Source: Flavobacteriales bacterium (GTDB taxonomy: Bacteria; Bacteroidota; Bacteroidia; UBA10329). From it: a stretch of 64,000 nt of DNA. A program made the position numbers and the translations under genes. Positions 8,141-17,707 of this stretch are shown here, in pieces. How positions within the stretch are numbered: position 1 is the first letter of the stretch; each line of letters begins with the position of its first letter. The notes under the pieces are model-generated. The model did no database searches, was not told the DNA's origin, and saw only the letters and a program-made list of their open reading frames with translations. The stretch covers positions 3,163 through 67,162 of the forward strand of contig WGMW01000055.1 of assembly GCA_016124845.1 (NCBI GenBank), read 5' to 3'.

Positions 8141-11100
8141 GCGTCACTGTTCCGAGCTTCTTGTACTGTCGGTCGCGATAATCTTTGTAAAGAATCTGGT
8201 AAACGTACAGTCCCGACTTTACCTCTCGACCTGTTTTCATATCCGTTCCATTCCAACCTTCGGTAATATCATTGGTGTAGAAAAGCTCTTTGCCCCAACG
8301 GTCGAAAATGCGGAAATCGAACCAGAAGATGTCTTTTCCATAGGCGTAGAAGACATCATTGACGCGGTCTTTATCTGGCGAGAACGCGGACGGGACATAC
8401 AAGGTGGTGTACGGAGCGATATACACCGAATCAAGGATCGTGTCCGTACAACCGAACTGGTTGAAAGTGACCAGTGTGATCACCTGCGTTCCTGTATCGG
8501 CATACGTGTGTGTCGGGTTCTGGTCATTGGAGAAACCGGAGAAATCACCGAAATCCCATTCCCAATCCACGGCATTGATGGAGAGATCCTCGAATGTGAA
8601 GAAAGGCTCGATGGCGGTTGCGTAACTTGGCGTTACCACAAACGAGGATGTCGGACGCGGATTGACGGTGGCCGAATCGGTGGCTTGGGCTGAACAATTT
8701 CCCCAAACGACCTGAAGCGTTACACCAAACGTTCCCGCTCCTTGGTAGACAACCGATGGAGATTGATCGGTTGAAACCTGTCCGTCACCAAAACTCCACA
8801 AATAGGTCACGCCCGTAGCTGGCACGGAGGAATTATCAAATATGGAAGTGTCGTTCACGCACACATCATCCACCGTAAAACTCACCGTAGGAATCGGCTC
8901 CACCGTAATGGTTGTCGATCCCGAATTCACGCAGCCGTTGGCATCGGTTCCCGTTACGGTGTACGTGAAAGTGCCATCAGATGTCGGTACAAAATCGGGA
9001 TTGGAGATATTGGCGTTGCTCAGTTCCGTGGTTGGATTCCAAACATAGGAAACAGCCCCGGTTGCCATCAGGCTGAGTGTGTCCTCCAAACAGAACGGGT
9101 TGTAAGTGCCCGCGTCAACCGTTGGCAGATCATGTACAACTGCCAAAATGCTATCAGTAGTGGAGCAGTTGGAGTTGGTGGCCTCATAATAGAGGTAATA
9201 GTTTCCGACACCTGCTGTGGAGGGCGAGAATACCCCAGTGGCGTTTGTCACGCCAGTTCCGGACCAAGTTCCGCCCGCAGGCGAAAAGCCCGATAGCGTG
9301 ACATCGGCATCATCCACGCAGTTCTCAATATCAGAGCCTGGATCAACAACAGGAGCTGCAATGACCGCGATGGAAACAGCGTTGCTTGCTACGCTGGTAC
9401 AACCGTACTGTGTGCCTTCCACCGTTATGCTGTTGCCAGAGACCAGACCTGTGGTTGTCCATGTTTCGGAGGAAGTGTTCTGAACGGTCGTGCTTCCATC
9501 AAAGAACTCATAGCTGTCCAATCCGGCAGGATTTGCCGTGAATGTGATCGATTCTCCCTCGCATATTTCCGTGACCGGAGCACTTAGCGTCACACTCAGG
9601 TAAGGACTGACAACCGTAACGATGGCATTGCTCGGATCGCTCACGCAGCCATCGGTGCTTGTTCCTATCACGGAAACCGATGTTCCCGTAACCAGCGAAC
9701 TGGTCTGGTAAAGATTGGAAGCGCCACTTTGAACAGATGCCACGCCTTCGAAGAATTCGTAGTTGGCCAAGCCGATAGGTAGCGCGGTGAAAATGAGTTG
9801 GTCGCCATCACAGATGCTGTCATTCGGGTCGGAACTGACAAGCGAAACCTGCGGAATCGGGTCAACTTGGGTCACAATCGGTTGGCTTGCGGGACTCGCA
9901 CATCCGTTCTGCGTAGCAATCACCGTAATGCTGTTGTTCACGGGAACCGTTCCGAACAGAATTTCGCTCGTGCCGCTTTGCAGCGAGTTGGTTCCATTGA
10001 AGAATTCGTAGTTATCCAGCCCTGCGGGCGATGCCGTGAACGTGATGGTCGCTCCAGCACAGATCTCATTGTCCGAATCATCAGATGTGAGCGTAACCGT
10101 AGGAATCGGATTCACCGTGGGGATGATCGTATCACTCGGATTCGCGAAGCAGCTTCCTACAAATGCTTCCACCCAAATGCTGTCTCCCTGCTGAATCGTT
10201 GCGCTGGTGAAAGTGTTGCTTGCTCCATTCTGAGCCGACACACCATCAATGAAGAATTCGTAGTTGTCGTAGGTCGATGGGTTGGCCGTGAACGTGATCG
10301 GGTCGCCATCGCAGATGGTGGTACTGCTGGCGGTCAGCGTTACATTATAAACGCTCGACTGAACAGTTACCTGCGTTGAATCGGTCACGGGGCCGCAGCA
10401 TGCGGTAAGCACCGTTACTTTCACCCAATACGTTCCCGGAGTTCCGAAATAGACATCAGATGTGGTGGTAACAGAAGCTCCAGATTCCGTGGCCGGTGCA
10501 GCCGCTGGGCCGAAATCCCAATCGTACTGGCTGCCAATAAGCGTGGTTGTGAACTGATTCGGGCAGCCCGCATCAACGGTCGGGTTGGCAGGGGAAATCG
10601 TTGGCAAGGTTGGACCTGAGTTGAAAATCCCGATGAAATCGGTGAAAGTTGTTCCTGCGTAAGTGATCGTTCTTCTTCCTGTGGAAGAATAGGTGACTGC
10701 AATAGGGCCGTTGCCAGATGCGGTCTGTGGCGTGGCTCCCGAACCGAAGTTCCACGCACCATTTCCTCCCGTGGCCGAAAAAGACACTTCAGAATTCGTA
10801 CATCCGTAATTATCAACGTTTATGACTGGCGGATTTCCCGGAACGCCAGTATTGTTCGAAGCTGAAACGGGTGTTCCACTTCCTTCTTCCGCAAGGCTAA
10901 CGCTTGGGCCAGTTGCTCCAGCACCACCAGCACCACCAGCACCGCCCGCACCGCCCGCACCACCAGCCGCACCAATACTTATCGAACAACCAAAACCAGA
11001 GCCACCAGTACCACCAGCGCCTCCTGCACCACCAGCACCACCAGCACCTCCCACACCACCGATTCCTCCCAGACCTGCCGAAAGCGCACAATCCATAATT

Positions 11101-12215
11101 ACTCCCCCGTTTCCGTTGTTCCAGCAGAATATGGCAAACGACCCACCGCCACCTGTGCCGCCCGTACCCCCAGTACCTCCGGAGCCACCGCCACCGCCAC
11201 CGCCACCAGAACCACCAACATCGTCAGAACCGGGCTGCTGTCGTCCAGCACCGCCCCCACCGCCCCCACCGCCACAGCCATCGCTACCAGCAGTACCGTT
11301 TCCTCCGGCAGCACCGGGAAGAAAATATCCTGAAGCATAGGAGCCCGGAACACCCACAGAACCAGCATTTCCGGGGCTTCCAGTTCCTCCCGCCTGACCA
11401 TTGCTGGGTCCGGAACCTCCGCATCCACCATTATGACTTGAACCGAAAAGCCCACATCCACAGGAAGGGCCGTCTCCGTAATTTCCGCCAGCACCACCGC
11501 AACTACCACCACCAGCCTGACCAATAGCCGATGCCTGTGGATTGTGTTTGGCACCTGTACCTCCGTTGCCACCGTTGCTTCCGCCAGCACCACCGGAACC
11601 TCCTGCAGGAATGTTCTGTTCATTTGCAGCAGGAAGACCATTTCCACCGGGGCTACCTGGGGTACCGGGTGTTCCCGGAGTTCCCGGAAGACCCGCGCCC
11701 GCCTGTCCTGTGGTCACTTCACATCGAACGATGTTGTAACTGCTGCATCCATTGAGGTAGATGCCGTAAACGGAGACCTCCGTTCCAGTTGCATCTGCCA
11801 CATTGATGGTAAGGTCTTGCAATCGAAATCCAGAGGCGTTCAGACCCGCCAGGCCGACCAAGGCATTGGCGGGGGAAGGTAGCGCGTTGGCAGAGGTACG
11901 GTCAATGATGGATGGCGTGGCATTGCTTTTTATCCATGTGGTCGGGTTGAAACCGCCCTCAATGGTCACATCGCTTGGGATGGACAGCGCATTGGTAATG
12001 GTGTAAGTGCCAGATGCCAGCCAGAGCACATTATTGGTTGCATTGGCAAGAGTAAGCGCATGGCTCAGGTTGGCAGGGTTGGCGCGCGTTCCTGTGGTTC
12101 CGCTGGAAGCTCCGGACGGTGACACGTAAATAATGCCACATTCCTGACCTAAAACCAATGTGGTTGTAAGCAGAAAACACAGAATTCCGTTAATGAGCCA
12201 CCGAAGGGATCGCAT
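8130..12215 (-). CDS. large T9SS-secreted adhesin-like protein (beta-helix, Gly-rich, Ig-like repeats, PKD, type-B CTD)
   Basis: Start trimmed to ATG 12215 (MRSLRWLINGILCFLLTTTLVLGQE signal peptide). PKD-like WSFGDG and WDFGDF motifs are present. The C-terminus YVPSAFSPDKDRVNDVF...FDRWGKELF...GWNG...GLYVYQI matches the gliding-motility-associated C-terminal domain (T9SS type B). Confidence 0.85.
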   Translation of the reverse strand: MRSLRWLINGILCFLLTTTLVLGQECGIIYVSPSGASSGTTGTRANPANLSHALTLANATNNVLWLASGTYTITNALSIPSDVTIEGGFNPTTWIKSNATPSIIDRTSANALPSPANALVGLAGLNASGFRLQDLTINVADATGTEVSVYGIYLNGCSSYNIVRCEVTTGQAGAGLPGTPGTPGTPGSPGGNGLPAANEQNIPAGGSGGAGGSNGGNGGTGAKHNPQASAIGQAGGGSCGGAGGNYGDGPSCGCGLFGSSHNGGCGGSGPSNGQAGGTGSPGNAGSVGVPGSYASGYFLPGAAGGNGTAGSDGCGGGGGGGGAGRQQPGSDDVGGSGGGGGGGGSGGTGGTGGTGGGGSFAIFCWNNGNGGVIMDCALSAGLGGIGGVGGAGGAGGAGGAGGTGGSGFGCSISIGAAGGAGGAGGAGGAGGAGATGPSVSLAEEGSGTPVSASNNTGVPGNPPVINVDNYGCTNSEVSFSATGGNGAWNFGSGATPQTASGNGPIAVTYSSTGRRTITYAGTTFTDFIGIFNSGPTLPTISPANPTVDAGCPNQFTTTLIGSQYDWDFGPAAAPATESGASVTTTSDVYFGTPGTYWVKVTVLTACCGPVTDSTQVTVQSSVYNVTLTASSTTICDGDPITFTANPSTYDNYEFFIDGVSAQNGASNTFTSATIQQGDSIWVEAFVGSCFANPSDTIIPTVNPIPTVTLTSDDSDNEICAGATITFTASPAGLDNYEFFNGTNSLQSGTSEILFGTVPVNNSITVIATQNGCASPASQPIVTQVDPIPQVSLVSSDPNDSICDGDQLIFTALPIGLANYEFFEGVASVQSGASNLYQTSSLVTGTSVSVIGTSTDGCVSDPSNAIVTVVSPYLSVTLSAPVTEICEGESITFTANPAGLDSYEFFDGSTTVQNTSSETWTTTGLVSGNSITVEGTQYGCTSVASNAVSIAVIAAPVVDPGSDIENCVDDADVTLSGFSPAGGTWSGTGVTNATGVFSPSTAGVGNYYLYYEATNSNCSTTDSILAVVHDLPTVDAGTYNPFCLEDTLSLMATGAVSYVWNPTTELSNANISNPDFVPTSDGTFTYTVTGTDANGCVNSGSTTITVEPIPTVSFTVDDVCVNDTSIFDNSSVPATGVTYLWSFGDGQVSTDQSPSVVYQGAGTFGVTLQVVWGNCSAQATDSATVNPRPTSSFVVTPSYATAIEPFFTFEDLSINAVDWEWDFGDFSGFSNDQNPTHTYADTGTQVITLVTFNQFGCTDTILDSVYIAPYTTLYVPSAFSPDKDRVNDVFYAYGKDIFWFDFRIFDRWGKELFYTNDITEGWNGTDMKTGREVKSGLYVYQILYKDYRDRQYKKLGTVTLIR
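9351..10346 (-). repeat. four tandem ~83-aa Ig-like repeats inside the adhesin
   Basis: Repeats are anchored on ICDGDPITFTANP..DNYEFF, ICAGATITFTASP..DNYEFF, ICDGDQLIFTALP..ANYEFF and ICEGESITFTANP..DSYEFF. Each ends with a conserved Cys. Confidence 0.8.
10911..11708 (-). repeat. ~265-aa glycine-rich / collagen-like low-complexity segment of the adhesin
   Basis: Runs such as GLPGTPGTPGTPGSPGG, GGGGGGGGAG, GGSGGTGGTGGTGGGG and (GGA)n, with scattered Cys. The mirror strand produces Pro-rich artefact ORFs. Confidence 0.85.
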
Positions 12216-12397
12216 GCTGGGGTCGTGTGGTTTTAAGTACGGGCAAAAGGGTCTCTGGTTGTCTTGAAAAGTACAAAAATGGCAGTTTATGGAGTTGATG
12301 CAATGGGCTGGGAAGCAAGCTCGTTTTCGGCAAACTATGAAATACCGACCGTGGATAACATTCGTGCGGTTTACGGAAAGCAAGGTGTGGACCCAAC

Positions 12398-12405
12398 TAA
12401 ATTTG
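12398..12405 (+). promoter_or_regulatory. candidate Bacteroidota -7 box TAAATTTG
   Basis: Matches the TAnnTTTG consensus. It lies 19 nt upstream of ATG 12424. Confidence 0.45.
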
Positions 12406-12423
12406 AACTGCAAAATCAAACCT

Positions 12424-13353
12424 ATGAGAACGACTTACCATCTTTTGGCAATCATATTAATAGCAGTTCTGGCGTCTTCCTGTGCTTCGGTAAAACCGTG
12501 CGGAGAGTCTTACACGGAGATGCAGGAATTCTTCCAATCGAAGAAATTCAAGGAAGCGTTTCACGAGCGCGATTCACTCTGTGAGCGGACCTCTGATCTG
12601 GAAGGAATTCTGGAGGCCACGGAAAAAGATCTGGCCAAAACCAAAGACGATCTGGAAGCATCGCGCAAGAATGGCGAAAAGCTGCAATCTGATCTGGCAG
12701 ACAGCAAGAAGGCGTATGATCAGTTGAAGTTGTCTTCGGGAGCGCAGGTGGCCGGGTTGAGCAGCGATCTTGCTGCCAAGCAAGCAGAATTGGACGAGAA
12801 AGAACGGCTGCTAAAGAACAGAGAGGAGCGGTTGACCATGCTGGAGGAGATCATCAAGAAACAGGATGAGTTGATGAACGCGCTGAACGACCGCGTGAAA
12901 GATGCGTTGATGGGGTTTTCGGATGACGAGTTGAGCGTGGAAATGCGCGATGGAAAGGTTTACGTTTCGATGAGTGACAAACTGCTTTTCAAATCGGGTA
13001 GCGATGCGGTGGAACCGAAAGGAGTGGAGGCGTTGAAGAAATTGGCCGGAGTGATGAAGAAGAACACCGACATCAACATGGCCATTGAAGGACACACGGA
13101 CAGTATTCCGATCAAGACAAACCGCTTTAAGGACAACTGGGATCTGAGTGTGGCGCGGGCTACTTCCGTGGTCCGTATTCTTACCGATGATGGCGTGGAT
13201 CCGAAACGTCTGGTAGCTTCCGGTAAGGGCGAGTTTGCGCCAAAGGCGGATAATTCCACGAAAGAAGGCCGTGCTGTTAACCGCAGAACGGAAGTTGTGC
13301 TTTCGCCAAAGCTCAACGAACTGATGCAGCTGCTTGGGCAGTATTCGCGCTGA
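12424..13353 (+). CDS. OmpA/MotB-family lipoprotein with coiled-coil linker
   Basis: Start trimmed to MRTTYHLLAIILIAVLASSCAS (a lipobox). The C-terminal OmpA-like motif reads GHTDSIPIKTNRFKDNWDLSVARATSVVRIL...NRRTEVVL. Confidence 0.85.
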   Translation: MRTTYHLLAIILIAVLASSCASVKPCGESYTEMQEFFQSKKFKEAFHERDSLCERTSDLEGILEATEKDLAKTKDDLEASRKNGEKLQSDLADSKKAYDQLKLSSGAQVAGLSSDLAAKQAELDEKERLLKNREERLTMLEEIIKKQDELMNALNDRVKDALMGFSDDELSVEMRDGKVYVSMSDKLLFKSGSDAVEPKGVEALKKLAGVMKKNTDINMAIEGHTDSIPIKTNRFKDNWDLSVARATSVVRILTDDGVDPKRLVASGKGEFAPKADNSTKEGRAVNRRTEVVLSPKLNELMQLLGQYSR

Positions 13354-13355
13354 GG

Positions 13356-13748
13356 CTATTGTTTCCTGCCGAGGAAATGGGTGCGGAAACCTCCACCAAG
13401 ACCACCGGTATTTGTATTCACCTCCAAACTATCGGTGCTGAAAAACTGGACGGAGAAATAATTTGAAGGACTTCCGATGCCTGAAAGCATGGAATAACCG
13501 TCCTCTCCGATGGTCATTTCAGTAGCATCCACACGAATGGACGAATCGCCTACCGCAACCACCGTAACGGTATCCGTGGTATCCGTGGTGTGACTCGGTT
13601 CTCCCAACATCCACGAAGTGGAAGTGCGTGGGCCAATGTACGTTCCAACAAACCCATCACGGTAGTCAGCTGCGTGTTCCTTTTTGCAGGAACTGAAGCC
13701 GACTGCAATCAAAAGGGCTGCGAGTGAAACAAAACACAGGAGTCTCAT
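13356..13748 (-). CDS. small lipoprotein, unknown function
   Basis: MRLLCFVSLAALLIAVGFSSCKKE is a lipobox. The start shares an ATGA overlap with the upstream PAP2 stop. Confidence 0.6.
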   Translation of the reverse strand: MRLLCFVSLAALLIAVGFSSCKKEHAADYRDGFVGTYIGPRTSTSWMLGEPSHTTDTTDTVTVVAVGDSSIRVDATEMTIGEDGYSMLSGIGSPSNYFSVQFFSTDSLEVNTNTGGLGGGFRTHFLGRKQ

Positions 13749-14566
13749 AGTTGGTAGCTAAGATAAACACCCACTTGCTTCTGTGTATTCGAAAAAGGAA
13801 CGATGCTCAACCCTTTCACCAGCGGTTTTCGGTGGTGCAGCCAAGGCACCAGGTAGCCAATGGTTCCACCAATGATGTAGCCTGCAATGATGTCTGTGGG
13901 GAAGTGTTTTCCAGCCTCATAGCGCAGCATACCTACCGCAGCGGGGAAGAGGATCGCGCCAGTCCAGACCAAGGCTTTGTGCGTTTCGTTGTCTGAGTAA
14001 TCGGAAAACACCTTGGCCGTGGTGAAGCAGAGGGCGGCCGTTATGGAGGTGTGGCCAGAGAAGAAGGAAAGCCGCGCATCTCGGTCGGTCTTGTACGACA
14101 CGTCCACATCCTTATTGTAAACGAACGGCCGAGGCCTTCTCACGGCCGTTTTGGCCAATTCGGTCACGCCAAGCGTAAGCAAAGCCGTTTCGGCATAGAT
14201 GAAACCCACGGCAAGGAAATCCTTACGCGCCCGTTTGTTTATCATCAAAAACGCAGGAAGCGTGATGGAGCCATAAAGCATGATATCGCTTGCCAGATCG
14301 GCCTTCGGGTTCCAACGATGTACCGCGCTCATGTCAAGCCCAGGGAGCGCATACGGGTCGAGTGCATTGATCTGTGCAGCTGTCAGCGGCTGTATCTGGT
14401 AATCCGCGAAAACGCCACCCGCAGCGATCAACCCGCTGCCAGAGGCATAGATAAGTTCACGCTTCCAGTTGAAATTGTAAGGGCTTTCCGCTTCTTGGGA
14501 ATAAACCTGACCAAGGATGGTAAGGCCAAGCAACACAGACAGGAGAAACGGCTTCAGCGGACGCAT
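13745..14566 (-). CDS. PAP2-family phosphatase (membrane)
   Basis: The three acid-phosphatase motifs are present: KTAVRRPRP, SFFSGHTS and GKHFPTD. Start trimmed from a TTG (14587) to ATG 14566. Confidence 0.85.
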   Translation of the reverse strand: MRPLKPFLLSVLLGLTILGQVYSQEAESPYNFNWKRELIYASGSGLIAAGGVFADYQIQPLTAAQINALDPYALPGLDMSAVHRWNPKADLASDIMLYGSITLPAFLMINKRARKDFLAVGFIYAETALLTLGVTELAKTAVRRPRPFVYNKDVDVSYKTDRDARLSFFSGHTSITAALCFTTAKVFSDYSDNETHKALVWTGAILFPAAVGMLRYEAGKHFPTDIIAGYIIGGTIGYLVPWLHHRKPLVKGLSIVPFSNTQKQVGVYLSYQL

Positions 14567-14583
14567 GGGAACAACGGCATGGT

Positions 14584-15447
14584 TCAAAGGATCTCTTTCA
14601 GTTTGAATTCGAGGTTGTGAATCGCCTTTTTCATCTCATCGATCTCCGCTTTTTTAGCATCCTGATCCTTTTCGTTCTGTTTGATGGCTGCCTGAGATTC
14701 TTTGATCTTTTCTTCCAATTTTTCATTGTCTTTCTCAAGCCGCTTCTTGTCTTTTACCATCTTGTCAAGCTCCTTCTCGTAATCCTTTATCACTTTGGCC
14801 ACTTCGTCTGAGGGCTTTTCAATCTGCCCTTGTTCCAATCGGTTTTTCTCGCTCTGCTTGGCCTTTTGGTCTGAAATGTTTCCCGCGATGGCCTCCTTGT
14901 TTGCGATGATCTTGTCTTTGTTGTCCTGAATGTCCTTTTCGGCTTTCTCTTTGTCTTTTTCGAGGCCGTTCAGGTCTTTTTCCAGCCCTTTCAAAAGTTT
15001 CTGGTCATCATCAATCTTTCCTTGAACAACTGCTTTGGCCTGGTCAACCCCAAAATCATGTACGATCTTTGTGGCAGCCAGGTATTTTTCGGGATGATCG
15101 GTGGAGTTGAGATCTGCCCCGCCCAGATCAAATGCTGCGGAAAGCCTCACGGACGTGTCAATGGTGGCTTCTACGATGGAATACACATCGAAGGTGTTAT
15201 CGCCCATGGACTTGTCCTTGCAGTCATCTCCGAAGATGATGGTCTTATCATCCACTTTTCCCTTCAGGTCCTTGAGTTGCTTTTTCCAGGCCTTTTTCAC
15301 CTCTTCCACGTCCGCTCCTTTGATGGAAACCGTGAGGCAATTGCGGTCTTTGCCATCGATGGTCACGGTTTTTTCTACCACCTCAATCTTTTTTTGTGCG
15401 AATGCGATGCTCGAAAACAGCACCAATGCAAGGGTCAAACTTCTCAT
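14584..15447 (-). CDS. secreted Lys/Glu-rich coiled-coil protein, unknown function
   Basis: Signal peptide MRSLTLALVLFSSIAFAQ. The C-terminal half is KE-rich with heptad-like character. Confidence 0.6.
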   Translation of the reverse strand: MRSLTLALVLFSSIAFAQKKIEVVEKTVTIDGKDRNCLTVSIKGADVEEVKKAWKKQLKDLKGKVDDKTIIFGDDCKDKSMGDNTFDVYSIVEATIDTSVRLSAAFDLGGADLNSTDHPEKYLAATKIVHDFGVDQAKAVVQGKIDDDQKLLKGLEKDLNGLEKDKEKAEKDIQDNKDKIIANKEAIAGNISDQKAKQSEKNRLEQGQIEKPSDEVAKVIKDYEKELDKMVKDKKRLEKDNEKLEEKIKESQAAIKQNEKDQDAKKAEIDEMKKAIHNLEFKLKEIL

Positions 15448-15480
15448 GTTCTAATTCTTTGATGTTGCCATAAAGGAAAT

Positions 15481-15502
15481 AAAAAACCCCGCAAATGCGG
15501 GG
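15481..15502 (-). terminator. rho-independent terminator after the tRNA
   Basis: Stem CCCCGC/GCGGGG with an AAAT loop. It is followed by T6 on the minus strand. Confidence 0.7.
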
Positions 15503-15504
15503 TT

Positions 15505-15582
<78 letters not shown>

Positions 15583-15626
15583 GTGCCTTTCGGCTTTCCG
15601 TTCAAATTGAGCGGACGGCAAAAGTA

Positions 15627-15634
15627 TATATTTG
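15627..15634 (+). promoter_or_regulatory. candidate -7 box TATATTTG
   Basis: Matches TAnnTTTG. It lies 26 nt upstream of ATG 15660. Confidence 0.45.
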
Positions 15635-15659
15635 GCCGCTGCTGACCAACACGCTTCAA

Positions 15660-16283
15660 ATGAACCCGAAAGACTATCCGAATATCATTTTTGACTTTGG
15701 AGGCGTGATCTTAAATCTCGACTATCAACGCACCATTGCGGCTTTTCAGGAATTGGGAATAAATGACTTTGAACAAAGCTATTCGCAGCTGAATCAGACC
15801 GATCTGTTTGACAGATTTGAACGTGGTGAAATCTCACCAGCAGCATTTCGAAATGGTCTGAGAACGGTTTTCAAAGATTCTATTCTGGATGAGGAATTGG
15901 ATAGCGCGTGGAACGCCATGTTGCTCGACCTTCCAGCGAAGCGGCTTACTGTTTTAGAAAAGCTGCGTGCAGAAAAGCGCATCTCGTTGCTGAGCAATAC
16001 GAATGAGATTCATATCGAGGCGTTTGAATCGTCACTAAAGCAAACGCACGGACTGGAAGACCTTTCTGGTTTTTTCGATCACGTGTACTACTCATGCCGA
16101 ACGGGAATGCGGAAACCCGAAGCACGGATCTTTGAAATGGTTTTGAAGGAACAGAATTACAAACCGGAAGAAACGCTCTTTATTGATGATTCTCCACAAC
16201 ACATTGAAGGGGCGAGAAAGGTAGGTCTGAATGTTTACCACCTCAGAGCAGATCAAGGAGAAACGATTCTCGATCTATTCTGA
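15660..16283 (+). CDS. HAD-superfamily hydrolase (subfamily IA-like)
   Basis: Motif I is IFDFGGVIL. Later motifs are LLSNTN and FIDDSPQHIEGA. Confidence 0.8.
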   Translation: MNPKDYPNIIFDFGGVILNLDYQRTIAAFQELGINDFEQSYSQLNQTDLFDRFERGEISPAAFRNGLRTVFKDSILDEELDSAWNAMLLDLPAKRLTVLEKLRAEKRISLLSNTNEIHIEAFESSLKQTHGLEDLSGFFDHVYYSCRTGMRKPEARIFEMVLKEQNYKPEETLFIDDSPQHIEGARKVGLNVYHLRADQGETILDLF

Positions 16284-16679
16284 GATCTCTTGGCAGAGCT
16301 CCATCAAAACGCCCGAAGTATCTTTTGGATGGACGAAACAGATGAGTTTATTGTCGGCACCGCGTTTCGGCTGCTCATTCAACAAGCGGAAACCATCGTT
16401 TCGCAAACGTTCCATTTCTGCACGGACGTCCTTTACCGCGTAAGCCACATGATGAATTCCCTCGCCTCGTTTCTCAATGAATTTGGCGATGGCACTTTCG
16501 GGAGACGTGGCCTGCAACAGCTCAATTTTATTGTTTGATGTTCGGAAAAACGCGGTGATCACATGTTCCGATGCCACTTCTTCCTGTTTGTAGCAAGTGG
16601 TGTTCAGCAGTTTTTCATAAATAGGAATAGACACGTTCAGGTCTTTTACTGCGATTCCGAGATGTTCAATGTGTTCCAT
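16275..16679 (-). CDS. methylmalonyl-CoA epimerase (VOC/glyoxalase fold)
   Basis: IEHLGIAVKDL...GEGIHHVAYAVKD...VHPKDTSGVLMEL is the typical epimerase pattern. Length 134 aa. Confidence 0.82.
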   Translation of the reverse strand: MEHIEHLGIAVKDLNVSIPIYEKLLNTTCYKQEEVASEHVITAFFRTSNNKIELLQATSPESAIAKFIEKRGEGIHHVAYAVKDVRAEMERLRNDGFRLLNEQPKRGADNKLICFVHPKDTSGVLMELCQEISE

Positions 16680-16688
16680 GCTTGCAAA

Positions 16689-16723
16689 ATAAAAAGGCCG
16701 CTCCGAATTCGGAGCGGCCTTCG
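16689..16723 (-). terminator. rho-independent terminator of 16744-17571 gene
   Basis: 12-bp stem AAGGCCGCTCCG/CGGAGCGGCCTT with an AATT loop. A T-run follows on the minus strand. Confidence 0.8.
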
Positions 16724-16743
16724 TGTTATCAACAACTAAATTC

Positions 16744-17571
16744 TTATTTCTTGAACGTGGCGGTCTGAGTGCCGTAGTTCAGGTAGTAGGTGCCTTTCTC
16801 CAGGCCGCTCACATCCACACGCTTGCCCACACCTTTGGCCACTATGTTTCCGTAACCGTTGTAGATCTCGTAAAGCGTATTGTCTGAGAAATTGATCGCG
16901 TCATCTGCCCGTTTACCATCACCAGGTTGGAAGGTGATCTCAGGGGTCGGTGAATTCAACTTGGCTTCCGGAGAGTAACGCGGTTTGGCACGCTGGTCTT
17001 TCTGTTTTACGCGGAAACGGTTCTGGCCTGAATGAACGGTGGTCAGTTGAACCTCGTAATCGTTCTTCTCAGGATTTCCCTTTCCTTCAAACTCACCTAC
17101 TTCCACCCATTTGTTCCAACGGAACTGCTCAATAATGTAAGGGAGTTTTCCTGTCTCGTTGGTGGTGGTCATTTCCAAAACTCCTGATTTGCTGATACCG
17201 ATCAAACTCACATCGAATGTGCTCATCGGCTTCAGAACCTCTGGGTTCACTACGCGAGGTTTGCAATCGTCCTTGTGCGAAATGCGGATCTCAACAGGTG
17301 CGCCCAGTTCCAATTGGAAAAAGCTGAGGTCGATCTCAAATGCGCTTGAGTTGATCTCATCTGTGGTCACCTGTCCGTTCACTTTTACTTCGAACGTGCA
17401 GAAACCGACACCTTCTGATGCAAATGGATTCTGAACGTAAAGATTTCGCCCGTGGTAATTTCCCTCCAAAAGGATGGTTCCGGCCATGGCTGGCATTGTG
17501 CAAAGCAGCACGGCCACCGCAAGCAAGTGTTTTCTGAAGGTAAGGAATCTCGTCATCTTAGTGGAAAACAT
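16744..17571 (-). CDS. secreted protein with probable T9SS type-A C-terminal domain
   Basis: N-terminal signal peptide (LLAVAVLLCTMPAMAG). The C-terminus TLYEIYNGYGNIVAKGVGKRVDVSGLEKGTYYLNYGTQTATFKK fits the CTD pattern. The start could be 17571 or 17556. The ORF-track start 17613 is a TTG. Confidence 0.6.
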   Translation of the reverse strand: MFSTKMTRFLTFRKHLLAVAVLLCTMPAMAGTILLEGNYHGRNLYVQNPFASEGVGFCTFEVKVNGQVTTDEINSSAFEIDLSFFQLELGAPVEIRISHKDDCKPRVVNPEVLKPMSTFDVSLIGISKSGVLEMTTTNETGKLPYIIEQFRWNKWVEVGEFEGKGNPEKNDYEVQLTTVHSGQNRFRVKQKDQRAKPRYSPEAKLNSPTPEITFQPGDGKRADDAINFSDNTLYEIYNGYGNIVAKGVGKRVDVSGLEKGTYYLNYGTQTATFKK

Positions 17572-17707
17572 GTTAGTAACAGGCAATATTACAGGGTTGT
17601 AAAGATAATTCAAAACGAACGCAATTGGAATGTGCAGGAATTGGACGAATGGTCATATTGCTTGATTTCTTTCAGCGTAAACGCTAATCTTGTATAAACC
17701 GACCGCC

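Noticed and set aside
10822-11340. A 172-aa proline-rich ORF on the plus strand (PAPPAPPAPP...), plus neighbouring His/Gln-, Trp/Cys- and Val-rich ORFs on either strand.
   Set aside because: They are other-frame or opposite-strand readings of the Gly-codon (GGN) runs. They lie wholly inside the adhesin gene, which has a signal peptide, recognisable domains and a T9SS CTD.
12216-12419. A 68-aa N-terminal extension of the adhesin in the ORF track. Similar extensions occur at 31914-32066, 40925-41047, 46551-46652 and 62138-62248.
   Set aside because: The extensions precede clear signal peptides or conserved N-termini. Several contain promoter boxes, terminators or upstream genes. Several of the ORF-track starts I checked by hand (for example 27428, 14587, 17613 and 44732) are TTG codons.
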